A program made the position numbers and the translations under genes. A model generated the notes under the pieces. The model ran no database searches, was not told where the DNA came from, and worked only from the letters and a program-made list of their open reading frames with translations. From the NCBI GenBank assembly GCA_024231215.1, contig JAAEQR010000142.1, forward strand, positions 228,593 to 292,592: DNA of 64,000 bases. Direction: 5' to 3'. Source of the stretch: PVC group bacterium. GTDB lineage: Bacteria > Omnitrophota > Gorgyraeia > B26-G9. This document shows, piece by piece, positions 27,799 through 38,357 of the stretch (position 1 is its first letter; the number at the start of each line of letters is the position of its first letter).

Positions 27799-28902
27799 TT
27801 AAAACACTGTTCTATGCATTTTTACATTAAATAAAAATCCAATAGCAATAAAATTGCAAAGAAGCGCTGAGCCTCCATAACTTATAAAAGGCAATGGCAT
27901 CCCGACAACCGGCATAAGACCCAACGTCATGCCAATATTTATTATAGCATGCAAAGCCAACATTGTCGTTATTCCAGTTACAATAAGACGGCCGGAAATA
28001 TCTTTAGTTCCTTCAGCAATTTTTATCCCCCTTAGCAATAACAATAAAAACAATATTACAATTGCGCCTGCGGCTAAAAACCCGCCTTCTTCACCAATCA
28101 CGGAAAATATAAAATCAGTATGCCGCTCCGGTAAAAAATTCAACTGATTCTGAGTCCCGGTAAACCAGCCCTTACCGGAAAACATTCCCGAACCTATCGC
28201 AATCTTCGATTGATTAATCGTATAGCCGGCACCTAATGGGTCTACATTGGGATTTAAAAAAACCATAAGCCTGGACTTTTGGTACCCCTTCAATAAAGAC
28301 CAGAAAAGAGGCAAACTTATTGTACCCAAAGTAATTGTTGTCAGCATATATTTTAGTTTTATCCCGCCAACCCAGATAATTGATAAAAAAATCGGCAAAA
28401 ACACAAGCGCTGTACCTAAATCCGGCTGTTTGAATATCAATATCATCGGAACAACAACAATCAAAAACGGCCGAACAAGACCGCTTATAGTTTGTAATTT
28501 CCTAGGATTGTCTCCAATTATTCTTGCCAATGCTAAAATTGTAAATATCTTGGATGATTCTGAAGGTTGAAAACCAATACCTCCAATACTAATCCAGCGT
28601 TGCGCGCCTAAAACTGTCCTGCCCATACATAACACAAATATCAAAAAAACAATATGAATACCATAAGTAATATACGCTACACTTAAAAAAGAATTATAAC
28701 TCGTCTTGGCAACGAGAAACATCAAGACCATCCCAATAGCCATCCAAATAATCTGAGTCAAAAAAAAGCTTTTACCAGTATCAATCTGTTTCTGATATGA
28801 TGCACTAAATAAAGCTGTCAATCCAAAAATAATTAAGATTGATAGAATAATTGCTAATTGTTTATCAAATCCTTTTATAAATCTACTCAGTATATTAAAC
28901 AT
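27799..28902 (-). CDS. rodA: Rod shape-determining protein RodA (SEDS)
   Basis: GAQRWI, QPSE, QPDLGT, SKIAIGSG, LPERHTDFIF, PFISYGGS. Confidence 0.96.
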   Translation of the reverse strand: MFNILSRFIKGFDKQLAIILSILIIFGLTALFSASYQKQIDTGKSFFLTQIIWMAIGMVLMFLVAKTSYNSFLSVAYITYGIHIVFLIFVLCMGRTVLGAQRWISIGGIGFQPSESSKIFTILALARIIGDNPRKLQTISGLVRPFLIVVVPMILIFKQPDLGTALVFLPIFLSIIWVGGIKLKYMLTTITLGTISLPLFWSLLKGYQKSRLMVFLNPNVDPLGAGYTINQSKIAIGSGMFSGKGWFTGTQNQLNFLPERHTDFIFSVIGEEGGFLAAGAIVILFLLLLLRGIKIAEGTKDISGRLIVTGITTMLALHAIINIGMTLGLMPVVGMPLPFISYGGSALLCNFIAIGFLFNVKMHRTVF

Positions 28903-30604
28903 CCTTATCATCCCTCAAATATAAAACTATCTGCTTTGCAATATCTGCGGCCTGAGCCCCACCATGACCGCCATTCTCCAGAAAAACAATAAAACAAAAC
29001 TTTTGATCTTTAACCTCAGCATAACCGGTAAACCAGGCATGCGGAGAACGATTTCCTACCTGTGCAGTTCCAGTCTTTCCATACATCTGGACTCCGCTCA
29101 CTTTAGCCCGATGTCCTGTCCCGTAATCAGCACTGATTACTTTTTTCATCCCATGTTTAATAATTTGCAATTCCGGCATAGACAATATCCGGATATTGCT
29201 CTTTTTACCCTGACCTTTAATTAAATGAGGCATAACTTCTTTACCGTCATTCGCCACAAAAGCAACCATTTTCAACGCTTGCACAGGGCTAACCAACAAA
29301 TACCCCTGGCCTATAGAAAAATTTAAGGTGTCTCCGCCATACCATTTTTGATTAAGCTTTGACCTCTTCCAGGCAAGAGTAGGAACCACACCTATTTGTT
29401 CTGCCGGTAATTCAATCATCGTCTTTCGGCCAAGACCGAATTCCTTCGCATATTTTGCAATTCTATCTGCCCCTAATTTCCTGGCTGTGTTACAAAAAAA
29501 TACATTGCATGAAGTAGCAATAGCATTTTCAACACTCACCCCTCCATGGCCTTGTTTTAACCAGCATCTAAGTTTTGCTTTGCCTATTTTATAATATCCC
29601 GGACAATGGAAAGTCGTATTAAAATCGATTTCTTTTTCTATCAGTCCAGCATATGCAGTAACAATTTTAAAAATAGACCCGGGAGCATATCCACATACCG
29701 CACGATTCAGCAATGGAGCATCTTTACTATTTAAAATCTTGGATATTTCTTCAGAATCCTTCCGATCAATTAAAACATTCGGATCATAACTCGGCGAACT
29801 ATAAAGAGCTAAAACTTCTCCGTTTTCTGCATCCATAACACCTACTGCCCCTTTATGTTCGCCAACCCACTCAGCTATATTGGTCTGCAAGCCAATATCA
29901 ATTGTAAGATGCAAATCCTCACCACGTACAGGAGGCTTATAGCCTAAAACTTCAATTATACTCCCTTCACTATCCACTTCCAACTGCATGCCTCCGGCCT
30001 CTCCCCGCAAAACATGATCAAATTTCTTTTCTATTCCGCTGCGGCCCAAAAAGTCCCTACGCTCATATCCATATTCTTTTAAACGCTCGTATTCATTCTG
30101 ATGCATTTTCCCTACATATCCCAAGACATGTGCCGTATCCTTGCCGTAAAGATAATACCGCAATGCTCTGGGCTGGACAAAAATACCCGGTAGCGAAGCC
30201 CTATCCTGCTCAATCAGAAAAGCCGTATTCCGCGAGATATTAGAAACCAGCATTACCGGATAAAATGCAGCGTGAGCGCTATAATTATAATGGAAGGTAT
30301 CGGCAAGAACTTCTGAACTGATATCAAGAAATCCGCTTAGTTTTGAAAATAAACTCGTTTTGTCCTTTACAGCTATTTCCTGAGGAACCGCAACAACATC
30401 AAACACAAGCCTGTTTCGAACTAACGGCATCCCGGTGCGGTCATAGATAATCCCGCGCGAAGCTCCCTCGGGCACAAGGCGAATACGATTATTTTCACTC
30501 TGCCTGAAATAATCCGGCCCCTTAATACACTGCATACGGAATAAATTAATCAGCAAGATCAAAAATAAAAAAACTATTATATTTCGTATTACTGGCAGAC
30601 GCAT
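28895..30604 (-). CDS. mrdA: Penicillin-binding protein 2
   Basis: RGIIYDR, PGSIFK (SxxK), SCN, KTGTAQ. Confidence 0.95.
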   Translation of the reverse strand: MRLPVIRNIIVFLFLILLINLFRMQCIKGPDYFRQSENNRIRLVPEGASRGIIYDRTGMPLVRNRLVFDVVAVPQEIAVKDKTSLFSKLSGFLDISSEVLADTFHYNYSAHAAFYPVMLVSNISRNTAFLIEQDRASLPGIFVQPRALRYYLYGKDTAHVLGYVGKMHQNEYERLKEYGYERRDFLGRSGIEKKFDHVLRGEAGGMQLEVDSEGSIIEVLGYKPPVRGEDLHLTIDIGLQTNIAEWVGEHKGAVGVMDAENGEVLALYSSPSYDPNVLIDRKDSEEISKILNSKDAPLLNRAVCGYAPGSIFKIVTAYAGLIEKEIDFNTTFHCPGYYKIGKAKLRCWLKQGHGGVSVENAIATSCNVFFCNTARKLGADRIAKYAKEFGLGRKTMIELPAEQIGVVPTLAWKRSKLNQKWYGGDTLNFSIGQGYLLVSPVQALKMVAFVANDGKEVMPHLIKGQGKKSNIRILSMPELQIIKHGMKKVISADYGTGHRAKVSGVQMYGKTGTAQVGNRSPHAWFTGYAEVKDQKFCFIVFLENGGHGGAQAADIAKQIVLYLRDDKDV

Positions 30605-30615
30605 TAATCTCCTTA

Positions 30616-31122
30616 TTAACGCAAAGTATAAACCTTAACCACAACCTGCTTTTCTAAAAACTTCAAAAACACAAGGCTAGCTAATGAAGTATATACTATC
30701 GAAGAAAAAATAATAAATATATTATCAAAAAATAACGGCAACCGATAAAAATTACTGGCCAGAATATAATAACTTATAATCGAAAATATACTTGCCGTGC
30801 ACGGAACTAAAATTTTAGTTAAAAAATGATTTTTATAAAGCCGGTCCGATAACAAACCACAAAAAAATCCAACACTACCTAATATTAAACTATTTATCCC
30901 CACAATTCCACCACTTAACACATCGACTCCAAGTCCAAGAATCATCCCGCAATACATCCCCTGCCGCAACCCTCGATATAAACTAAAAAAGATCACAAGC
31001 AATAAAACCAAATCCGGTTTTACAGACCCCAAAGATATACAACTAATAAGTGACGCCTGAAAAACTAAAACAAGATATGCAATAACCGCGAATTTTATTG
31101 TTCTAAACCTGATTTTAAACAT
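30616..31122 (-). CDS. mreD: Rod shape-determining protein MreD
   Basis: KPDLVLLLV, hydrophobic protein between mreC and mrdA. Confidence 0.9.
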   Translation of the reverse strand: MFKIRFRTIKFAVIAYLVLVFQASLISCISLGSVKPDLVLLLVIFFSLYRGLRQGMYCGMILGLGVDVLSGGIVGINSLILGSVGFFCGLLSDRLYKNHFLTKILVPCTASIFSIISYYILASNFYRLPLFFDNIFIIFSSIVYTSLASLVFLKFLEKQVVVKVYTLR

Positions 31123-31886
31123 AATATCTCTTCTAATCCGGAAAGGGAAGCAGATGGCTTAACAATACAATTTTTATAAATCCCTCCCCGTTCGATTTTA
31201 ATGCTTTCTATCTTTCCGATAAGCAATCCCTTGGGATACACTCCGCCGACCCCGGCACTAATAACTATATCGCCTAATTTCACATTAGACTCAACCGGAA
31301 GATACTTCAATCGACACAGTCCGCGACCAATACCTTCTAATATCCCTTCATCTCTTGTTCTCTGAACCAATACTATTACCCGGGAATTCACATCACTAAT
31401 TAAAAGCACTTTTGCCTCAGCAGAACTAAGCTCAATAACCTTACCCACTAAACCCGCAAAAGTCATTACCGGCTGATTTATCATGATCCCCTGACTATGC
31501 CCCTTATTAATGATTATACTGTTCAGCCAATTTGTCGGCTCTTTTCCGATAACCTGCGCGATAACAAAATCATGCTCTTTTTTTTCTTTTAATTCCAGCA
31601 TATTACGCAAGCGTTCATTTTCCAATCGCATTTCTTCTAACTGAGTCTGTTTAAATTGCAGAAACTCCAACTCTTTTTTTGTTTTCTTATATTTTGAAAA
31701 GGAACCTAAAACATCACTACTATTGGATAAAACAAGCGATATTTTATTCATGAGGGCAAGAGGAGTCTTAAATAGCCATAAAAAACTACTTTTTAAATGA
31801 ACTGATTTATGTGACGGAATAATAAAAATAAGAAAAAAAACAATAACGACGGGAATAATTAAAAGTGGTTTTTTTTGTTTGAACAC
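31095..31886 (-). CDS. mreC: Rod shape-determining protein MreC
   Basis: LENERLRNML, INKG, GLVGKV, GGVYPKGLLIG. Confidence 0.95.
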   Translation of the reverse strand: MFKQKKPLLIIPVVIVFFLIFIIPSHKSVHLKSSFLWLFKTPLALMNKISLVLSNSSDVLGSFSKYKKTKKELEFLQFKQTQLEEMRLENERLRNMLELKEKKEHDFVIAQVIGKEPTNWLNSIIINKGHSQGIMINQPVMTFAGLVGKVIELSSAEAKVLLISDVNSRVIVLVQRTRDEGILEGIGRGLCRLKYLPVESNVKLGDIVISAGVGGVYPKGLLIGKIESIKIERGGIYKNCIVKPSASLSGLEEILCLKSGLEQ

Positions 31887-31902
31887 TTTAAGAAACTATC
31901 TG

Positions 31903-32967
31903 TTAGAATCTGTCTTTTTTAGAACTAATTCTTCTGAAATGGTGAATTTCACTCAAGAACTTACCCGTTCCCAAGGCTACAGCAGTTAATGAATCCTCTG
32001 CAACTCGTACCGGTAATCCTGTCTCATCTGTTAATAATTTATCGAGTCCCCGCAAAAGGCTGCCTCCTCCGACTAAAACAATTCCCTGTTCGACTAAGTC
32101 AGCCGAAAGCTCCGGCGGCGCTTTTTCCAAAATCACGCGCACAGATTCAACTATAGAGCTTATCGTCTCTGCTAAAGCTTCTCTTATCTCCTGTGAAGTG
32201 ATTTTTATAGTTTTCGGCAACCCGGCAATCAAATCCCGTCCCCGAATTTCCATGGCAAGCTCTTCATCCAACGGATAAGCTGAACCAATTTTTATTTTCA
32301 TCTCTTCAGCCGTACGTTCCCCGACCATCAAGTTATAAGCCCGTTTTAAATGCTGAATAATCGCTCCATCCATTTCATCCCCGCCTATTCTTAAACTCCG
32401 GGAACAAACAATACCGCCTAAAGAGATAATCGCAATTTCAGTCGTACCACCGCCAATATCAACGATCATACTGCCAATCGGATCCTGCACTGGTAAACCT
32501 ACCCCAATCGCCGCAGCCTTTGGTTCTTCAATCAAAAATACTTCACGCGCTCCGGCACGTTCTGCAGAATCCACAACCGCTCTTTTTTCTACTTCGGTTA
32601 TCCCCGAAGGAACAGCAATAACAATAAGTGGTTTTACAAAACGTCTTTTATTATGAACACGTCCAATAAAATAACGTAACATTCGTTCACTAATATCAAA
32701 ATCAGCAATAACACCATCTTTCATCGGCCGGATAGCTACAATATTTCCCGGAGTACGCCCTAGCATCTTTTTTGCTTCTTCTCCTACTTCTAATACCTGA
32801 TTGGACCCTTTCCTTACCGCAACTACAGACGGTTCACAAAGAACAATCCCCTCACCTTTTACGTAAACAAGGGTATTGGCTGTTCCCAGGTCAATTCCGA
32901 TATCAAAAGATAATAATGCTCGTACCGAATTAATGAATTCTATTATTTTTTCAAACGTTTTGTTCAT
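31903..32967 (-). CDS. mreB: Actin-like cell shape protein MreB
   Basis: [28 protein letters not shown]. Confidence 0.98.
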   Translation of the reverse strand: MNKTFEKIIEFINSVRALLSFDIGIDLGTANTLVYVKGEGIVLCEPSVVAVRKGSNQVLEVGEEAKKMLGRTPGNIVAIRPMKDGVIADFDISERMLRYFIGRVHNKRRFVKPLIVIAVPSGITEVEKRAVVDSAERAGAREVFLIEEPKAAAIGVGLPVQDPIGSMIVDIGGGTTEIAIISLGGIVCSRSLRIGGDEMDGAIIQHLKRAYNLMVGERTAEEMKIKIGSAYPLDEELAMEIRGRDLIAGLPKTIKITSQEIREALAETISSIVESVRVILEKAPPELSADLVEQGIVLVGGGSLLRGLDKLLTDETGLPVRVAEDSLTAVALGTGKFLSEIHHFRRISSKKDRF

Positions 32968-33012
32968 AGGACACCTTCCTATTTAGAGAGGGATTATATA
33001 TAAAACAATATA

Positions 33013-33041
33013 GTTATAACATAATAAGTATCGAATGTCAA
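33013..33041 (-). promoter_or_regulatory. sigma70 promoter of the mreB operon
   Basis: Minus strand TTGACA-17 bp-TATAAC with extended TG. Confidence 0.65.
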
Positions 33042-33060
33042 ATCTTTGTTTATGAGTGAC

Positions 33061-34377
33061 TTAAGTCACCGTAATACGCTGCAAAACCCGCATAAATTCA
33101 GGAAATGATTTATCAATACATTCGGTATCTTTGACAGTAGTCGTTCCGTCCGTGACTAATCCGGCAATAATCATGCACATCGCAGTTCGATGGTCATTAA
33201 AACTCCGCACAACCGCCCCTTTAAACTTACAAGGACCGCTAATCAGTAAATCATTCTTTACATTACGGATATTCGCACCCATTTTATTAAGATTAGTCAC
33301 CATAGAATAAATACGATCAGTTTCTTTTACTCTGAGTTCACTCGCACCGCGAATCCTAGTCTTTCCTTTAGCCATACAAGCGGCAACACAAAGAATAGGA
33401 AGCTCATCAATCGCATATGCCACTTCCTGTTCGCTTATATCTATTCCTTTTAACCGACTTGAACTTATTAAAAGATCCGCCGAAGGCTCCCATCTACTTT
33501 TAACATTTTCCTTATTTAAAATCTTTATATTAGCACCCATACGCCGCAATAAAGTAAGGATATAACTACGTGTAGGATTTAATCCTACATTTTTAATAAT
33601 TATTTCAGAATCAGGAATAATCGAAGCCGCCACCAGAAAAAAAGCAGAGGAAGATATATCCCCGGGAATAGTTATTGTTCCCGGTGCAATCAACGGCTTA
33701 CCTCCACAAACAGCAACATTACAGCCTCTTGTGGTAATATCAGCTTTAAACAACTTAAAAATCCGCTCGGTATGATCCCGCGTTTTTAATTTTTCCTGAA
33801 CACATGTTTTGCCCTTAGCATACAACCCGGCTAAAAGTACCGCAGATTTAACCTGTGCGCTTTTTAACGGCATTTTATAATTAATGCCCTGTAACACCGC
33901 CCCCTTAATTTTTACCGGTGGATACTCCTGGGATGCTTTTACCCGCCCGCAGATATCCGCCCCCATCATTCGCAAAGGATCAATAATCCGCTTCATTGGC
34001 CGCAAAGAAAGAGACTTATCTCCACGCAATGTACTCTTAAACTTCTGTCCGGTAAGAAGCCCGCAAATAAGCCTCATAGTTGTACCGGAATTACCTATAT
34101 ACAAAACTTTTTCAGGAGCTTTAAGTCCATACAAACCCCGGCCTTTTATCAAAACTCCCTCTCCCAGCTTATCTTTAAACCGCTTGATCTGTACTCCCAT
34201 TTTTTGAAATGCAGCAACTGCGTTTTTAGAGTCACTGCAATCTAAAAAATGCCTTACCCTGGTCGTACCCTTGGCTAACGCGCCCAACATAACCGCACGC
34301 TGAGAAATAGACTTATCACTCGGAGCAACAATCTTTCCCTTTAAACACTTTATTTTTTTCACCTTGATCTGTTGCAT
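33061..34377 (-). CDS. aroA: 3-phosphoshikimate 1-carboxyvinyltransferase (EPSP synthase)
   Basis: SDKSISQRA, GNSGTTMRL, SAQVKSA, RDHTER, ELRVKETDRI, DHRTAM. Confidence 0.97.
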   Translation of the reverse strand: MQQIKVKKIKCLKGKIVAPSDKSISQRAVMLGALAKGTTRVRHFLDCSDSKNAVAAFQKMGVQIKRFKDKLGEGVLIKGRGLYGLKAPEKVLYIGNSGTTMRLICGLLTGQKFKSTLRGDKSLSLRPMKRIIDPLRMMGADICGRVKASQEYPPVKIKGAVLQGINYKMPLKSAQVKSAVLLAGLYAKGKTCVQEKLKTRDHTERIFKLFKADITTRGCNVAVCGGKPLIAPGTITIPGDISSSAFFLVAASIIPDSEIIIKNVGLNPTRSYILTLLRRMGANIKILNKENVKSRWEPSADLLISSSRLKGIDISEQEVAYAIDELPILCVAACMAKGKTRIRGASELRVKETDRIYSMVTNLNKMGANIRNVKNDLLISGPCKFKGAVVRSFNDHRTAMCMIIAGLVTDGTTTVKDTECIDKSFPEFMRVLQRITVT

Positions 34378-34400
34378 AATTACACCCTAAGCTTCAAACG

Positions 34401-34428
34401 AAAAAGGGGAAGTGAACCACTCCCCCTT
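34401..34428 (-). terminator. Intrinsic terminator
   Basis: Minus strand AAGGGGGAGTG-GTT-CACTTCCCCTTTTT. Confidence 0.65.
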
Positions 34429-34455
34429 AAAGCTTCCGTAAATATTAATTTAAAA

Positions 34456-35439
34456 TTATATTAATTTAACGGCATCGCCTTCTTTTATATCTTCTTTTTT
34501 AAATTCCGGCAAAATCACTGCAGAAGACATGGTATCGTAAATTCTCTCTACCTGCACTTTACCTAGAAACTCTCTACCGCGATATACCTCAAGCACTTCA
34601 GATTCCTGCAACCCATCCTTCTGCCCGATATTAATAACTACAAAAGCAAACTCTTTATTTACTACCAAGACCTGACCTTCTAAACTTGCCGGCGCCGGTA
34701 ATCTTACGTAATGACCTTCTTTAGCCGGGTTAGGAATATCACTAACATTTTTATCCCCTTCCACAACTATTTTTTCTAATTCTACAGCGTTCGGCTTTCT
34801 CTTTTTGCCTAATTGAATAATTCTATTTTCCAAAGATTCTTTGGCCATTCTTATCTGGCTCAACTGTACTTTCAATTGCTGCAAATCCCGGTTCGCCACT
34901 TTAAACTTATCATTTAATTTTTCTTGTGCTTTTTCCTGTTTCTTAAGCGAAGCGTTCAAAGAAGAAATCATTTTTTCTTTATCATCAACCAGCTTAGTCG
35001 TCTCTTTCAATTTATCTTCAGTACTAGAAAGTTCTGACAGGGTTTTCTTGAAATCTTCCCGGGTTTGTGTCAAATCAGCTTCTATTTCATTTTTGGCCAC
35101 TAAAGTCACCTGCAAATTATTTTCTGTCTTTTGTTTTTCCAAAGTCATTGTTTCTAAATCCGCTTCTGTCTTCATGCGTTTATTAACTTCATCTTCCTTA
35201 ATTACATATAAGGCAATCGCTCCGGAAACAGAAGATACAGTCAAAATTACTAGAATAATCGTTAGAAGATTGGTCGAACTTGACTTCTTGGATTTCGGCT
35301 TTTCAGGATCTCCCAAATCAGGATCTAAATCAGGATCTAAGCTTGGTTCATCGAATTGTTTCGGTTGAGACATCGGATCTGGTGATTTGTTCTCTGATCC
35401 AAATGGAATTTCTTGGCCAATGCTAAATTCCTTGTCCAT
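34456..35439 (-). CDS. Hypothetical membrane-anchored coiled-coil protein with C-terminal beta domain (FlgT-C-like)
   Basis: Acidic Pro-rich N-terminus, one TM, long coiled coil, VVINIGQKDGL...GKVQV; ATG 35439 with GGGGGAG SD. Confidence 0.75.
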   Translation of the reverse strand: MDKEFSIGQEIPFGSENKSPDPMSQPKQFDEPSLDPDLDPDLGDPEKPKSKKSSSTNLLTIILVILTVSSVSGAIALYVIKEDEVNKRMKTEADLETMTLEKQKTENNLQVTLVAKNEIEADLTQTREDFKKTLSELSSTEDKLKETTKLVDDKEKMISSLNASLKKQEKAQEKLNDKFKVANRDLQQLKVQLSQIRMAKESLENRIIQLGKKRKPNAVELEKIVVEGDKNVSDIPNPAKEGHYVRLPAPASLEGQVLVVNKEFAFVVINIGQKDGLQESEVLEVYRGREFLGKVQVERIYDTMSSAVILPEFKKEDIKEGDAVKLI

Positions 35440-35606
35440 AACTCCCCCCTCGTTATTTTTATTTTTTGGATAGAATATGCTCATTTTCAATTCCAGAATA
35501 ACAAAATTATATATTATTGTCAATCATTTATATTGTCCTTATAACGGACGCGGGTAAGCAGCGCCACTACAATATTCATTAAATCGTACAAAACACAGCC
35601 TTTGCC

Positions 35607-37451
35607 CTATTTCATAAAAAACGCTGCGCTAAAAGCAACAAGATTCCAGATTAAATGCACAAACATTGCAGGATAGAGACTTCGAGTACGTTCAAAGAGA
35701 CACGCGAAAACAATACCCATGAACGCAATTGGAAGAAGTAAAGTTATCTGCAAGTGAAAAGCTCCAAATAAAATCGCGCTGATTATCACCGCAACTTTTA
35801 TTCCGCTGTACCTTCTTAGACTAGAGAAGATAAAACCGCGAAAGATCATCTCCTCAGCCAATGGGCCTAAAATAACCACGAAAAGAAAAAGCGGCGTTAT
35901 TTGACTCGCCGTCTTAGATGATGAAATAACCTTACTAATGAATTGCCCTTCCGGACTATGGCCGGTTATCGCAAAAAACAAATAAAAATAACAGACATTA
36001 AACAGTAATATTGAACCAACCGCCGTCAAACTCAATCGTATCAACCTGCCGATCTTTACGGCTTTAAATCCAATGTCCTGCAGATTCTGTCTGTTTTTCA
36101 CTAAAACTAAATACATTATATAGCCGCAAAGCAACACGACACTTATAATCTGAGCACAAATAGCCACATTAACCGCATTATTAGAAACCACCTCTGCCTG
36201 AGCAAATACTAAAAACCAGTTTTTATAAAAAAATCCGCCGATAAAGATTCCCACTAATATCGGAAGGATCCCCAAAATAGCGCAGACTAAAAGACTTTCC
36301 TTCAACGTCCAGCGCACATGGGAAAACAAGAGAGTATTATCTTTTATACTTTTCCCTGCGTAATAAGCAAATAAAAATAATAATCCTATAGCTCCAATCG
36401 CTAAAGACAGCAAGATTATTGAAACAATAACTATTGCAATCGCTGCTAATTGTATCTTCTTTACATGCTTCCAAAAACCCGGCATATCCCCCTGCGCACC
36501 GTGCGCAAACGCTAACATCATATTTTTGGGATATATTACAGGCTCTTCATCCGCTATCTTTTCTAATACAGAAACAGCCTCTTTATATTGCGCGGTATTT
36601 AAATAAATACCCGCCAAGTCTAAACGCACCTGATCATCTTCCGGATCCATTCCTAAAACAACATTAAATAATTCTATTGCCTTTTCATATTGCTTATCTT
36701 TTAAATACGATTCCGCTAATAACTGCTCTGCATCGATATCCAACGGATTGTTTTGCTTTGCCTTCTCTAAAAGTTCTAGTGCCTTTAAATATTCTTCCTG
36801 CCTAAACTTTATACATGCTAAGCCATAATCTATTCTGTTATCATTTCGAGCAAAAACCTTGGCTTTTGTAAAATAATATTCAGACTGTTGATAATCAACC
36901 TTGTCATAATACATATTTCCTAAGCCTAAATAAGCCTCTGCATTCTTCGGAGCTTGCTCAATAATTTGTTTGTACAGTCTGATGGCCTCATCAATTCGAC
37001 TCTCCTCATCATACATTCTTGCCAATGTTAACGTTAATTGGACATCATCAGGCGAAGTCTCAGTCGCTTTCTCATATAAAGCAATTGCTTCCGCATAGTC
37101 TCCCATCTTTTCCAAGAGAATACCTAAAGCTTTAATTGCCTCCTTGTGCCGGGGACCTTTATTCAAAATCAACTCGTATTCAGCAATAGCTCTTTCATAT
37201 AATGTATTTCCTGCTAAGGCCTGGGCATACCCCAATCGGTCATGTAGATTATCCGGGTTTTGAGCTAAAACTTTTTTATATTCTACAATCGCCTCATCAT
37301 ATTGTTCATCCTGCAAATACTTGATAGCTGTCAATGACGAACCTTTTAAATACTTAGCATCATTTTTTTCTAACGATGCATAAGAAATCGTCCCTAAAGC
37401 CCCGATTAAACAACAAACTATTATCAAAATGAAATTTCGTCTTTGTATCAT
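35607..37451 (-). CDS. TPR-repeat protein fused to a CPBP (Abi/CAAX) intramembrane protease
   Basis: Signal/TM, about 8 TPR repeats, then TMs with EEMIFRG, FGAFH and HLIWN motifs. Confidence 0.88.
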   Translation of the reverse strand: MIQRRNFILIIVCCLIGALGTISYASLEKNDAKYLKGSSLTAIKYLQDEQYDEAIVEYKKVLAQNPDNLHDRLGYAQALAGNTLYERAIAEYELILNKGPRHKEAIKALGILLEKMGDYAEAIALYEKATETSPDDVQLTLTLARMYDEESRIDEAIRLYKQIIEQAPKNAEAYLGLGNMYYDKVDYQQSEYYFTKAKVFARNDNRIDYGLACIKFRQEEYLKALELLEKAKQNNPLDIDAEQLLAESYLKDKQYEKAIELFNVVLGMDPEDDQVRLDLAGIYLNTAQYKEAVSVLEKIADEEPVIYPKNMMLAFAHGAQGDMPGFWKHVKKIQLAAIAIVIVSIILLSLAIGAIGLLFLFAYYAGKSIKDNTLLFSHVRWTLKESLLVCAILGILPILVGIFIGGFFYKNWFLVFAQAEVVSNNAVNVAICAQIISVVLLCGYIMYLVLVKNRQNLQDIGFKAVKIGRLIRLSLTAVGSILLFNVCYFYLFFAITGHSPEGQFISKVISSSKTASQITPLFLFVVILGPLAEEMIFRGFIFSSLRRYSGIKVAVIISAILFGAFHLQITLLLPIAFMGIVFACLFERTRSLYPAMFVHLIWNLVAFSAAFFMK

Positions 37452-38209
37452 AAATACCTAACCTTACATAAGCACAAGCCATTTGCCGGAGCTGTGGGCC
37501 CGGCTTTTTTCCTGTCTTTTGCCAATAGTATACGCTTCAAACCGCCTTTGGCTATTTTACCCTGCCCAACTTCAATCAATGTTCCAGCGATGTTTCTGAC
37601 CATATTATAAAGAAAACCATCTGCTTCTATATCTATCGCAATCAAATTATTCTGTTTTTTTACGTTTATTTTCTTTATGGTACGTACTGAACTCCTAAGT
37701 TTTTTATCACTTGCCTGAAAAGATTTAAAATCATGCTTACCCAGTAAAACCTTTGATTCTTTCTGCATCACAGCTACATCCAGAGGCATGGATACATGCA
37801 CTGCGTAATTACGTGTAAACACAGAGCTATAATCTTTATTTAATATAGTATAGCGGTATGTTTTACTTTTAACAGAATATCTTGCGTGAAAATCTAAAGG
37901 AACCTGTTTAATGCTTTTTATCCGGATGTCTTTAGGTAAAAGAGAATTTAAAGCTCTTTTTATTTTTTCCAAAGAAACTTTGGAGTTTGTTTTAAAATTA
38001 GCCGGCTGTTCCCTGGCATGCACACCTGAGTCTGTACGACCTGACCCAATAATGTTAATTTTTTCCTGGAGGATTTCTGTTAAGACTGACTCTATTGTTT
38101 CCTGGACGGTAGTATGACGATGGGGTAAAGAGCTAAGCTTACTCTTCTGAGTCTGCCAGCCATTATACCCTGTTCCGTCATACTCTATTTTAAGTAGAAC
38201 ATTCTTCAT
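37448..38209 (-). CDS. truA: tRNA pseudouridine(38-40) synthase TruA
   Basis: YDGTGYNGWQ, GSGRTDSGVHA, FHARY, FLYNMVR, TAPANGL. Confidence 0.97.
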   Translation of the reverse strand: MKNVLLKIEYDGTGYNGWQTQKSKLSSLPHRHTTVQETIESVLTEILQEKINIIGSGRTDSGVHAREQPANFKTNSKVSLEKIKRALNSLLPKDIRIKSIKQVPLDFHARYSVKSKTYRYTILNKDYSSVFTRNYAVHVSMPLDVAVMQKESKVLLGKHDFKSFQASDKKLRSSVRTIKKINVKKQNNLIAIDIEADGFLYNMVRNIAGTLIEVGQGKIAKGGLKRILLAKDRKKAGPTAPANGLCLCKVRYL

Positions 38210-38219
38210 AACACACTCT

Positions 38220-38342
38220 GCATTATGTTCAATTTTTGAAGAGAACCCCGAAGGATTCCACGAGCATCGCGAAGTGCAATAGCCCCCCGCTATAGCGGGG
38301 GGCGTAGCCTGCTGATTTCGATGAAAAAATTGAATATAATGC
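38220..38342. mobile_element. 123 bp MITE-like element with 18-bp terminal inverted repeats and a central GC palindrome
   Basis: GCATTATGTTCAATTTTT / AAAAATTGAATATAATGC (17/18); perfect 22-bp palindrome GCCCCCCGCTATAGCGGGGGGC at 38282-38303. Confidence 0.6.
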
Positions 38343-38357
38343 GAAATTCAAGTTGGT

